A DNA stretch of 64,000 bases. It comes from Bacteroidota bacterium. Lineage in GTDB: Bacteria > Bacteroidota > Bacteroidia > Bacteroidales > Prolixibacteraceae. How positions within the stretch are numbered: the first letter of the stretch is position 1; each line of letters begins with the position of its first letter. Location of the stretch: contig JAJZSZ010000001.1 of NCBI GenBank assembly GCA_021849365.1, positions 29,669 through 93,668 of the forward strand, read 5' to 3'. The position numbers and the translations under genes were made by a program. Below are positions 55,669 to 64,000 of this stretch, one piece after another. The notes below the pieces were generated by a model that did no database searches, was not told where the DNA came from, and worked only from the letters and a program-made list of their open reading frames with translations.

Positions 55669-58600
55669 CGTCTTGATTATTAGGGTTATTAATTGCTAAT
55701 TTATTGTGTTTGGTTACGGCTCCTTCTCTCCACATGGCTTGAAACATCGGAACAACAAAGACGGTCATAACCTGAATGACCATGCCGCCAAACATGGGGA
55801 TTGCCATTGGTATCATAATGTCGGAACCTTTCCCATTCGATGATAATACCGGCAACAAAGCGATAACGGCAACTGCAGTGGTCATCATGGCTGGCCGTAC
55901 ACGTTTCAATCCTGCGGCAACAACAGCTTCGCGCACATCGTGAACGGTTGCAGGATGTCGCGCTTCAAATACCTGATGAATATAGGTACCCATGATAACC
56001 CCATCATTGGTGGCAATTCCAAACAGGGCAATGAACCCGACCCAAATTGCCACGCTCAAATTAATCGTATGCATCTGAAACATGTCCCGAAGATTGATCC
56101 CTTCAATTGAGAAATTCAGGAACCAGCCCTGTCCATACAGCCAAAGCATAATAAAACCTCCGGCAAAAGCTACGAAAACTCCCGAAAAGTGAATGAGCGA
56201 AGCCGTTACTGTACGGAATTGAAAATAAAGCAATAACAAGATCAGGAGCAAACTGATTGGTATCACGATCATCAATCGTTTGGTAGCCCTTATCTGATGT
56301 TCGTAATTACCTGCAAATTTATACGATACTCCTGCTGGCAAAACCAGGGAGCCTGAATCAAGTTTTTCCTTTAAAATTTTAGTGGCTTCATCCACTACAT
56401 CCACTTCGGCTTTGCCTTCGTTCTTGTCGAATATGACATAGCCGTTCAGGAATGTATTTTCGCTGCGGATCATTTGAGCGCCACGGGTATAATCGATATC
56501 AGCAATTTCGCTCAACGGAACCTGAACCCCATTCATCGCCGGAATCAGGATACGCTTGATATCATCCGGGTTATCGCGCAATTCGCGGGCATAACGCACC
56601 CGTATCGGAAACCGTTCGCGTCCTTCGACAGATGATGAAAGAGCCATTCCACCTACAGCCACCTGAAGAATTTCCTGCACTTCGCTTATGGTCATACCAT
56701 AGCGCGCCATGGCTTCGCGGTTCAGTTTAATTTCGAGGTAAGGAGCGCCAACAGCACGGTCGTAAAATACGGCCGAAGCTTTGATAGAAGGAACTTCTTT
56801 CAGGGCCTGTTCAAGCAACATCCCTCCTTTTTCTATCGCATCCAGATCGGGGCCAAACACTTTCAGTCCCATCGGCGCGCGCATTCCGGTCGAAAGCATG
56901 ACCAGGCGGGCCTCGATTGGTTGTAACTTGGGCGCTGAAGTCAGCCCCGGAATGTTGGTCACTTTCACAATCTGGTTCCAAATATCATTCGGCCTTTTGA
57001 TTTCTGGTCGCCACTGACGGAAGTATTCTCCATTTTCAACTGGAATCAAACTATCTGCCGGTATTGCACGAAAAGTTTCTTTCTTCGGATTGTACTTTCC
57101 TCCATTTTTAAGGATATAACTACCGTCACGATCAACTTTAAACTGCATGCGTTGCCCATCTTCATTCAGAATATATTCTGAACGATAACTGATTGTATTC
57201 TCGAACATTTGCACCGGCGCCGGATCGAGCGCCGAATTTACGCGTCCCCATTTTCCGACAGCCACCTGCACTTCAGGAATAGCTGAAAGCCGTTTATCAA
57301 GTGTTTCAATGTATTCCAGGTTTTTCTGGATACTTGAATGTGGCATACTGGTTGGCATTAGGAGAAACGAACCCTCATTTAGTGATGGCATAAATTCTTT
57401 ACCTGCCCCGGGGAATGTTTCCGAAGAAGATTGCCAGAACGCCGTTTGCCTGATGTTCTTCCACCCTGCTTTTTCCATTCCTGAAGCAGCAATACCGAAT
57501 GTTTTATCGAATCCCTGCCAGGCCAGCAGACCGAACAACAGGGTTACCGCAGGAATAATCAGGAATTTCCATTTATGTTCCAACGCCCATCGCATGATGT
57601 TCTCATAGAAATGCACCATCGACATCAACGCTGCGAGAATGACAACAATAATACCGCCTACGAATATAAAATTCGAGAATATGCTGTTGTGGGCGCCTAA
57701 CGGAAGCCATTCGATGGTTAGGTACCAGGATGCTACAAGCACCGTGATGCCAATGTTGATGTAATTCGGAAATTCTTTCCGGCGTTCGGGCCAGCGGTGA
57801 TCCAACAAGTTATTGACACCTACCGCAGCCAGCGCCAGAGCTGGCCACATTTGCCAGATAACAACAAACAAGATACCGGCAATGATCAGGCAGGCATTCC
57901 AAATTTTACGGATTTTCTTTGTATCAAAACTAATGTTGAAGAAAATATGCGTTAAAGTAGGCAAAGCTACAATACCAAGGATAAATGCTGCTATCAGCGA
58001 AAAAGTCTTGGTGAAGGCCAGCGGGTGAAACAGCTTGCCTTCGGCAGCCTGCATCGCGAAAACGGGAAGGAAGCTGACGATGGTTGTAGCAATAGAGGTG
58101 ACCACGGCATCACGAACTTCGGTGGTTGCTTCGTATATGACCGACATTAATTTTTTCCCACGAATGCCTTTATTTTCGGGCATTTCCAGATGCCGCAGGA
58201 TATTCTCCACGTCCACAATCCCGATATCGACCATTACGCCAATGGCGATAGCAATACCCGACAGGGCTACTATGTTTGCCTCGATACCAAAAAAACGCAT
58301 CAGGATAAAAGTCATCAATACGCCAATTGGCAGCAATCCGGCTACAATCAACGATGCCCTTAGGTTCATAACAAGTACAATGATGACTATGATACTGATC
58401 AGGATTTCGTGCGAAAGCGCCGATTCAAGCGTTCCGATGGTCTCCTGGATCAATCCTGTACGGTCGTAGAACGGAACAATGGTCACTTTTGAAATACTTC
58501 CGTCGGGCAAAGTTTTTTGTGGCAATCCGGCTTCAAGTTCCTTTATTTTATCTTTGACATTGCTAATTACATCCATGGGGTTTGAACCGTAACGGGCAAC

Positions 58601-59518
58601 CACAACAGCGCCCACGGCTTCGGAACCCGCTTTGTCGAGGCCACCACGGCGCGTAGCCGGGCCAAATACCACATGGGCAACATCTTTAACGCGTACCGGG
58701 ACATTATTCCGGACAGCAACTACAGAAAGGTCGAGGTCGTCCAGATTTTTAATGTACCCCAAACCACGGATAATGTACTCCACATTATTCAGTTCAACAG
58801 TTTCAGCGCCAATGTCGAGGTTGCTTTTACGCACGGCATTCATCACGTCCATAGCCGAAACATTGAAGGCTTTCAATGCTTCAGGGTTCAGGTCAATCTG
58901 GTACTCTTTGATAAAGCCTCCAACAGATGCCACTTCAGAAACCCCTTCGGCAGTGGTAAGGCCATACTTCACATAAAAATCCTGAACAGTGCGTAATTCC
59001 TGCGGATCCCACCCCCCGTTAGGTTTTCCTGTTTTGGGGTCTCGTCCCTCAAGGGTGTACCAATAAATCTGGCCTAACGCGGTTGCGTCGGGTCCCAATG
59101 CCGGTTGAACTCCCTGGGGCAGGGTACCCGCTGGCAATGAATTGAGTTTTTCAAGGATTCGCGAACGGCTCCAATAAAAATCAATGTTGTCTTTAAAGAT
59201 AATATACACAAAAGACATCCCAAACATGGATGTACTCCGGATGGTTTGCACACCGGGAATACCCAGCAAAGCAGTCGTCAGCGGGTAGCTTATCTGATCT
59301 TGAATGTCTTTGGGCGAACGGCCCATCCATTCGGTAGCTACGATCTGCTGGTTTTCCCCAATATCGGGGATTGCATCCACCGCAACAGGGTCGCGGGGGA
59401 AATAATCCGGTTTCCAGTTGAACGGCATATATACCATGCCCAAAACCACAAAAGCGATCATGAACATAAAGGTAATCAGCCGGTTTTCGAGAAAAAATTT
59501 GACAAGTCGGTTAAACAT
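55646..59518 (-). CDS. cusA: CusA-type Cu/Ag RND pump
   Basis: DAIPDIGENQQIV, GPDATALGQ, EFMPSLNEG..LLMP, MLSTGM, RVRPAMMT. Confidence 0.93.
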   Translation of the reverse strand: MFNRLVKFFLENRLITFMFMIAFVVLGMVYMPFNWKPDYFPRDPVAVDAIPDIGENQQIVATEWMGRSPKDIQDQISYPLTTALLGIPGVQTIRSTSMFGMSFVYIIFKDNIDFYWSRSRILEKLNSLPAGTLPQGVQPALGPDATALGQIYWYTLEGRDPKTGKPNGGWDPQELRTVQDFYVKYGLTTAEGVSEVASVGGFIKEYQIDLNPEALKAFNVSAMDVMNAVRKSNLDIGAETVELNNVEYIIRGLGYIKNLDDLDLSVVAVRNNVPVRVKDVAHVVFGPATRRGGLDKAGSEAVGAVVVARYGSNPMDVISNVKDKIKELEAGLPQKTLPDGSISKVTIVPFYDRTGLIQETIGTLESALSHEILISIIVIIVLVMNLRASLIVAGLLPIGVLMTFILMRFFGIEANIVALSGIAIAIGVMVDIGIVDVENILRHLEMPENKGIRGKKLMSVIYEATTEVRDAVVTSIATTIVSFLPVFAMQAAEGKLFHPLAFTKTFSLIAAFILGIVALPTLTHIFFNISFDTKKIRKIWNACLIIAGILFVVIWQMWPALALAAVGVNNLLDHRWPERRKEFPNYINIGITVLVASWYLTIEWLPLGAHNSIFSNFIFVGGIIVVILAALMSMVHFYENIMRWALEHKWKFLIIPAVTLLFGLLAWQGFDKTFGIAASGMEKAGWKNIRQTAFWQSSSETFPGAGKEFMPSLNEGSFLLMPTSMPHSSIQKNLEYIETLDKRLSAIPEVQVAVGKWGRVNSALDPAPVQMFENTISYRSEYILNEDGQRMQFKVDRDGSYILKNGGKYNPKKETFRAIPADSLIPVENGEYFRQWRPEIKRPNDIWNQIVKVTNIPGLTSAPKLQPIEARLVMLSTGMRAPMGLKVFGPDLDAIEKGGMLLEQALKEVPSIKASAVFYDRAVGAPYLEIKLNREAMARYGMTISEVQEILQVAVGGMALSSSVEGRERFPIRVRYARELRDNPDDIKRILIPAMNGVQVPLSEIADIDYTRGAQMIRSENTFLNGYVIFDKNEGKAEVDVVDEATKILKEKLDSGSLVLPAGVSYKFAGNYEHQIRATKRLMIVIPISLLLILLLLYFQFRTVTASLIHFSGVFVAFAGGFIMLWLYGQGWFLNFSIEGINLRDMFQMHTINLSVAIWVGFIALFGIATNDGVIMGTYIHQVFEARHPATVHDVREAVVAAGLKRVRPAMMTTAVAVIALLPVLSSNGKGSDIMIPMAIPMFGGMVIQVMTVFVVPMFQAMWREGAVTKHNKLAINNPNNQDDDENTGI

Positions 59519-59536
59519 ATTGGTGAATTTTAAAGA

Positions 59537-59827
59537 TTAATGGTGACCACCGGAGTGGCCGCCAGTGCTACCTCCAGAATTATTATGAGGGGTGTATGAA
59601 TTACCTGAATTCCTGAGCCGCAAGTCGGCAAAATCAAATGCTTCCATTTTCATTCCACATTTTGGACACTTCCCGGGGCTCATTTCAATAATTTCTGTAT
59701 GCATCGGACAACTGTAATATACCTTCCCCAGCTTCGCCTGAGCTGTTGAGTGCCTGCTGCTACTGCATGAGCTGAATAAAAAACCCATTAAAATGGCCGT
59801 TAATAAAACGATTTTAAATTTATACAT
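59537..59827 (-). CDS. lipoprotein with heavy-metal-binding domain
   Basis: FSSC lipobox, YSCPMH...PGKCPKCGM, GGHSGGHH tail. Confidence 0.85.
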   Translation of the reverse strand: MYKFKIVLLTAILMGFLFSSCSSSRHSTAQAKLGKVYYSCPMHTEIIEMSPGKCPKCGMKMEAFDFADLRLRNSGNSYTPHNNSGGSTGGHSGGHH

Positions 59828-59871
59828 TTTTTTATTGTTAATACATTGATGTTATATTTTGAATTAATTGA

Positions 59872-60942
59872 TCACTGAACCACAAATTTTCCCTTGACAC
59901 TGAAGTCTTTGTTCAACAATTGATAGAAATAAGTGCCTGTAATCATGTTTTTTCGCTCAATCACTACTTCGCGCTCCATGTTATTTTCCCTTTTAAAAAT
60001 TATTCTTCCATAGATATCAATGATCAACAAAGTATATCTTTCATCACTCAAATCCGGATGAATCTTTAGAATGGCTTTATCTTTTAAGGGGTTTGGGTAA
60101 ATGGTGACTAAATTTTGATTCTTTGAAATTTCTTCGATGCCAGTAACCACAGATTTTAATTTTGAAGCATATTCCACACTCTGATAACTAGTATTCTGAT
60201 TTAATACACCTTTTGAAATTTGAAGTACCGGAAAACCCAGCTCTTTGGTGTACCAGGTGTAATAATAATTGCCTTCTGTTTTACTTTTTAACAAGGCTGC
60301 CCCATCTGAATAAATACTGTCATATACGGTTTCAGACGTAAAAATGCGAATGGCGCTTACCGTTCCCGCCGGGGTTTTTATCGTACCCCATGCATCGGCC
60401 TTTGAGTACCCTTTCACATGCAATACTTTTTGTGTGTACCCTGCAGAATAATAGATTAATCGCGACTCATTCTGAATTGAATCACCATATTTCAGGATAG
60501 GGAAAACAGGGCGCGGAATTGAATATTTTGATATGCCTTGAACATCAGACCCATAAAAAAACAACCCACTTCCATTTTTTATATAGAAATCATTCTTACA
60601 AGTTTCGATATCGGTGTGAGTAACATGCGAATGAACTTTAGTGCATGCTTTATTAATTGCTAAAACGGCCAAAGGAAATTTCGAATAATTAGGTGTAGCT
60701 GTAGCGCTAACCCAATTTTGTGAATCAGATTCTTTTCCGTTCAAATAGCTGAAATCCCAGAAAACGTTTTCGCCATTCGCTCCGGGCAATATACTGATTG
60801 CCTGAACGCTATCGACCATAGAACTGATTCTGACAGCCCCCGCCATTGGCAGATCGTTGCTATCTAAAACAATTTGAGCCTTCAGTAATTGTGCTAAAAA
60901 CAATAAGGGCAATATAGAAAATATAGGTATCCGTTTCTTCAT
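59872..60942 (-). CDS. T9SS cargo protein (type A CTD)
   Basis: signal peptide; IYPNP...DIYGR...GTYFY...KFVVQ. Confidence 0.85.
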   Translation of the reverse strand: MKKRIPIFSILPLLFLAQLLKAQIVLDSNDLPMAGAVRISSMVDSVQAISILPGANGENVFWDFSYLNGKESDSQNWVSATATPNYSKFPLAVLAINKACTKVHSHVTHTDIETCKNDFYIKNGSGLFFYGSDVQGISKYSIPRPVFPILKYGDSIQNESRLIYYSAGYTQKVLHVKGYSKADAWGTIKTPAGTVSAIRIFTSETVYDSIYSDGAALLKSKTEGNYYYTWYTKELGFPVLQISKGVLNQNTSYQSVEYASKLKSVVTGIEEISKNQNLVTIYPNPLKDKAILKIHPDLSDERYTLLIIDIYGRIIFKRENNMEREVVIERKNMITGTYFYQLLNKDFSVKGKFVVQ

Positions 60943-60968
60943 CTGATAATTCAGCTATTACTTTCTCT

Positions 60969-62459
60969 TTAAATAATCTCGAACTGCAACATCATTCCAT
61001 CATCCTCATGTTCGAGGTTATGGCAATGCAAAACATATTTCCCTTTGTTTTGCCCAAACCTCATAATAACCCGAACCTTTTCACCCGGAAGTAGCAACAC
61101 CGTGTCTTTCCATCCGTTTTCGGTCGATATCAAACTGTTTCTTCCTCCAATACGGTCTAAAACCTGAAATTGGACGCCATGAATGTGCATTGGGTGCGGC
61201 TCATCTCCCTTTGAATTATCGAATTCCCAGATTTCAGTACTTCCGGCCTCAACAATTTCATCAATCCTTGATTTGTCGTAAACTTTATCATTGATGCGGT
61301 GCATTCCTTTCATCGTCATTCCTGAACTGCCCATGCCGCTCATGCCACCCATATTACCCATGCCGCCATTCGAAATATCGAACGTGCGTGTTTTATTCGC
61401 ACCACTTTTAGAAATCAGATTTATGGACGATAATGTATTGGGAAGTGTAAATGAGTCTTTCTCACTTTGAGTTACCCTGAATTTCATAATTCTGAAATTC
61501 TGTTTTCCCTGTGACGCTCCGGCTGAAAACGTGTTGCTAACGAGAAATAATTCAGTACCAACCGGGTAACTTGAAAAGTTTACAATCAAATCGGCCCGTT
61601 CGCCAGGTCCAAGCAAAAGCGAAGTAACGGTTTGAGGAGTTGCGAGTAATCCACCATCGGCGCCAATTACCGAGAATGAAGCATTGTTGCTTAATGCCAG
61701 ATTGTAAATTCGCCCATTTGAACCGTTCAAAACACGCAGCCGATAGTTGCGTGTCCGAACATCTTTGTAAGGTGAGCTCACCCCGTTTACCAAAATATTC
61801 GGGCCCATATAACCTGTCATAACGTCCATCATGGTTGGTGAATAATCAAGGTCATTGTTCGAAGTAATCCTTTTATCCTGAATAACCAGCGGAATTTCCA
61901 TTTCTCCGGAAGGGAGATTTAGTCTTTGTTCTTCAGCATCCCGCACCAGAAACACACCTGCAAGCCCAAGATAGGCTTGTTCTGCCGTAAACCCATCAGG
62001 GTGCGGATGGTACCAATACATACCCGCCCGCTGCGAAACCGTAAAGCTGTAATTACGTGAGCTTCCCTGCCGCGCAACATCTTCGGGATGACCATCCATG
62101 TTAGATGGTGCAATTAATCCATGCCAATGAATATTAGAGTTTTCTGCAAGATCATTCTGAAAGTTGATGTTGATATTATCTCCTGAATTTACAGCAATAG
62201 TGGGACCCAAAATAGAGCCGGGTTGATAACCTAAAACCTTCGACTTTTTACCACTAAAAATAGTTGCTGTTGTTACCTGTGCGGTTAGGGTTCCCTGCCC
62301 GTTGATTGATGGTGGAACAGACAAAGGGGCTAAAAAATCGCCCTCAATAGCTGGGATAACTTGTCCTTCTGAATTCGTCATCATCGAATCCTTTCGGCAA
62401 GATGAAAGAACGATAGCCCCTATACCCACTATCACCAGAATTTGTACCATTGTTTTCAT
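60969..62459 (-). CDS. multicopper oxidase lipoprotein (CueO-like)
   Basis: HWHG, WYHPH, HPMHIHG, HCHNLEHEDDGMM; Met-rich loop. Confidence 0.95.
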   Translation of the reverse strand: MKTMVQILVIVGIGAIVLSSCRKDSMMTNSEGQVIPAIEGDFLAPLSVPPSINGQGTLTAQVTTATIFSGKKSKVLGYQPGSILGPTIAVNSGDNININFQNDLAENSNIHWHGLIAPSNMDGHPEDVARQGSSRNYSFTVSQRAGMYWYHPHPDGFTAEQAYLGLAGVFLVRDAEEQRLNLPSGEMEIPLVIQDKRITSNNDLDYSPTMMDVMTGYMGPNILVNGVSSPYKDVRTRNYRLRVLNGSNGRIYNLALSNNASFSVIGADGGLLATPQTVTSLLLGPGERADLIVNFSSYPVGTELFLVSNTFSAGASQGKQNFRIMKFRVTQSEKDSFTLPNTLSSINLISKSGANKTRTFDISNGGMGNMGGMSGMGSSGMTMKGMHRINDKVYDKSRIDEIVEAGSTEIWEFDNSKGDEPHPMHIHGVQFQVLDRIGGRNSLISTENGWKDTVLLLPGEKVRVIMRFGQNKGKYVLHCHNLEHEDDGMMLQFEII

Positions 62460-62606
62460 TTTTGTTTTTTTAAGGATTCAACAATGAATGATTTTCCAAT
62501 TTGAAGAGACAAGGGGACCCGAAAGCCCGCCCTGTCCTTCATTGAAAAAGAAACCCCATTTCTCTAATTAACCCAAAGACTATTTAAGCACGAAGTTCAA
62601 ATCTCA

Positions 62607-62777
62607 TTAGTGACAACCTCCCGAATGCGACCCACCTCCAGATTGATGCGAGGCATGGCCATATGATTGATAGGTTGATCCACCACCACTATGACCCAAA
62701 TGGGAAACTCCCATGCAACCGGTGAAAGCAAAAAGCACTGAAACAATCACTACTAATCGAACAATTTTCCTTTTCAT
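62607..62777 (-). CDS. 56-aa His/Gly-rich lipoprotein (not in ORF track)
   Basis: MKRKIVRLVVIVSVLFAFTG-C lipobox then MGVSHLGHSGGG...HASHQSGGGSHSGGCH. Confidence 0.72.
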   Translation of the reverse strand: MKRKIVRLVVIVSVLFAFTGCMGVSHLGHSGGGSTYQSYGHASHQSGGGSHSGGCH

Positions 62778-62840
62778 AATTTTTGATTGATTTTAAATAT
62801 TTGTCGCTAAATGAAGCCATGTTCAAATCAGACCCGGCCG

Positions 62841-63440
62841 TTATTTAATCCCCTGATCTTCCAGAAAGTGGTTGATCGCATAATGTTTATGAAACTTATC
62901 GTATTTACCTAATGATGCATCGTTTTTAAATTGAGCGTCAATAGCATCGTGCAGCATGTGGTTATCCGAAAAAGCTAACTTTAAATTATTCAGGGTCAAT
63001 TCAGTTATTACACCATCTCCTCCCTTACTAAAATAATAAGTAGTTACAGTTTTTGCCCCTACGCCTTTAGGTGAACCTCCACGGTAACTTTGCTTAGTAT
63101 AAATCCAAAGCGAGCCCTTGTCGTCAAGAGGAAAATGATCATTATCCTGAAAGCGCACTATTTTTTCATCACAAAGGAGATAACCCCATATTTCAGATTT
63201 CTTCAGTTTATACGGTTGCCCTTCATGTACTACTGTTATAAAATCTTTCCCAAGAAAATCGTTGAGTCTTATTTTATGTGATTCGGTTGCGCAATTAATG
63301 CCATATTCCATCTTACCTGACTCAAAGTCAGCATAAGTCTTAAAAACTCCGCTTTTTTGAGCAAACAACGAACCCGTGCCGATTAGGGCAATTCCTGCCA
63401 AAACGGTCACCTTTCTTGCCAAGTTTTGTAATGTTTTCAT
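62841..63440 (-). CDS. exported hypothetical protein, paralog of 17643..18269
   Basis: signal peptide ending AQ; His-containing C-terminus. Confidence 0.72.
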   Translation of the reverse strand: MKTLQNLARKVTVLAGIALIGTGSLFAQKSGVFKTYADFESGKMEYGINCATESHKIRLNDFLGKDFITVVHEGQPYKLKKSEIWGYLLCDEKIVRFQDNDHFPLDDKGSLWIYTKQSYRGGSPKGVGAKTVTTYYFSKGGDGVITELTLNNLKLAFSDNHMLHDAIDAQFKNDASLGKYDKFHKHYAINHFLEDQGIK

Positions 63441-63504
63441 AATTCATTAATTTTTAAACTTTTGTCAAAAAATAATTTAAATAAGTCATTAAAACATAAA
63501 CGTT

Positions 63505-64000
63505 TTACTTATACCGGATGATAATTCCGTGGGGCCCAATTCCAACCTTAATTTTTAATTTTTCTGTTTTATTGAGAACATCAATAACTGAGACAGAGGA
63601 ATCTTCTTCATTGGTTACATAACCAACCTTACCGTCTTTTGAAAAAGCAATGGCATGTGCGCCTTGTCCAACCTGAATAGATCCGCCATGTGTCAGTTCG
63701 GAATTATTCATAGTCCAATAATGAATTTTGCCCACTTTCGGATCAGAGACCCATATCTGGTTCATCATTGTGTTGCGGATAGCCATCCCTTGCTCATTGT
63801 CCATGTGTAATGAGTCTTTCATCATTTCCATCATATTTATGGTACTACTCATATCAGGTGCACCTCCGGCGTCAACGTGCATCATGTCAAACCAGGCGCC
63901 AACGGAATTAGCATCTGCCTTTCTTTCAATAATTTTACGGCTGGCAACATCAATTACGGTAACCGTATCCGACATTTCGCTGGTAACAAAGACCTTTTTA
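63505..64000 (-). CDS. YncE/YVTN beta-propeller protein, 5' end outside the window
   Basis: VFVTSE..DTVTVID, GYVTNEEDSSVSVID, KVGIGPHG; Met-rich insert; frame open to the window edge. Confidence 0.8.
   Translation of the reverse strand, partial: KKVFVTSEMSDTVTVIDVASRKIIERKADANSVGAWFDMMHVDAGGAPDMSSTINMMEMMKDSLHMDNEQGMAIRNTMMNQIWVSDPKVGKIHYWTMNNSELTHGGSIQVGQGAHAIAFSKDGKVGYVTNEEDSSVSVIDVLNKTEKLKIKVGIGPHGIIIRYK

Noticed and set aside
62501-62545. Imperfect GC-rich hairpin upstream of the multicopper oxidase
   Set aside because: Irregular pairing and no U-tail; cannot support a riboswitch or terminator call
1-64000. tRNA, rRNA, CRISPR arrays, intact transposases or conjugation genes
   Set aside because: None recognised; only relic mobility traces near 36260 and 39610-39995

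Overview
AT-rich Bacteroidota DNA, judged from TAnnTTTG promoter elements, a T9SS sortase PorU and a CzcA-TolC fusion; Prolixibacteraceae/Marinilabiliales-like is only an impression. The window is mostly a mosaic heavy-metal and sulfur island. From left to right: an acr3 remnant; an ArsR-rhodanese/cysteine desulfurase/DsrE/DUF302 sulfur-relay operon; a Fur-family regulator with a czc-type RND system, a PII-like gene and a cadA-type ATPase; decayed gene copies; a PepSY/TonB iron-uptake pair; porU; an 11-gene sulfite-to-homocysteine operon that uses a ThiS-like carrier; a mer operon between two ~890-bp imperfect direct repeats; an ECF/FecR/TonB signalling unit; and a large copper module (HMA proteins, cusABC, multicopper oxidase). 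Three observations stand out. (1) An unannotated 28-aa leader peptide with an MCMCCCM tract, a terminator and a matching antiterminator precedes the sulfur-assimilation operon. (2) A two-helix His/Met membrane sensor module is fused either to histidine kinases or to Schlafen/AlbA_2 domains, with one Schlafen paralog in each metal-efflux module. (3) A GGTAGGG-N15-ATGGAGTA motif occurs three times and likely marks the ECF sigma regulon. Several sub-60-aa ORFs missed by the ORF track were also read. No rRNA, tRNA or CRISPR array was seen. All family assignments come from motif recognition by eye; no searches were run.
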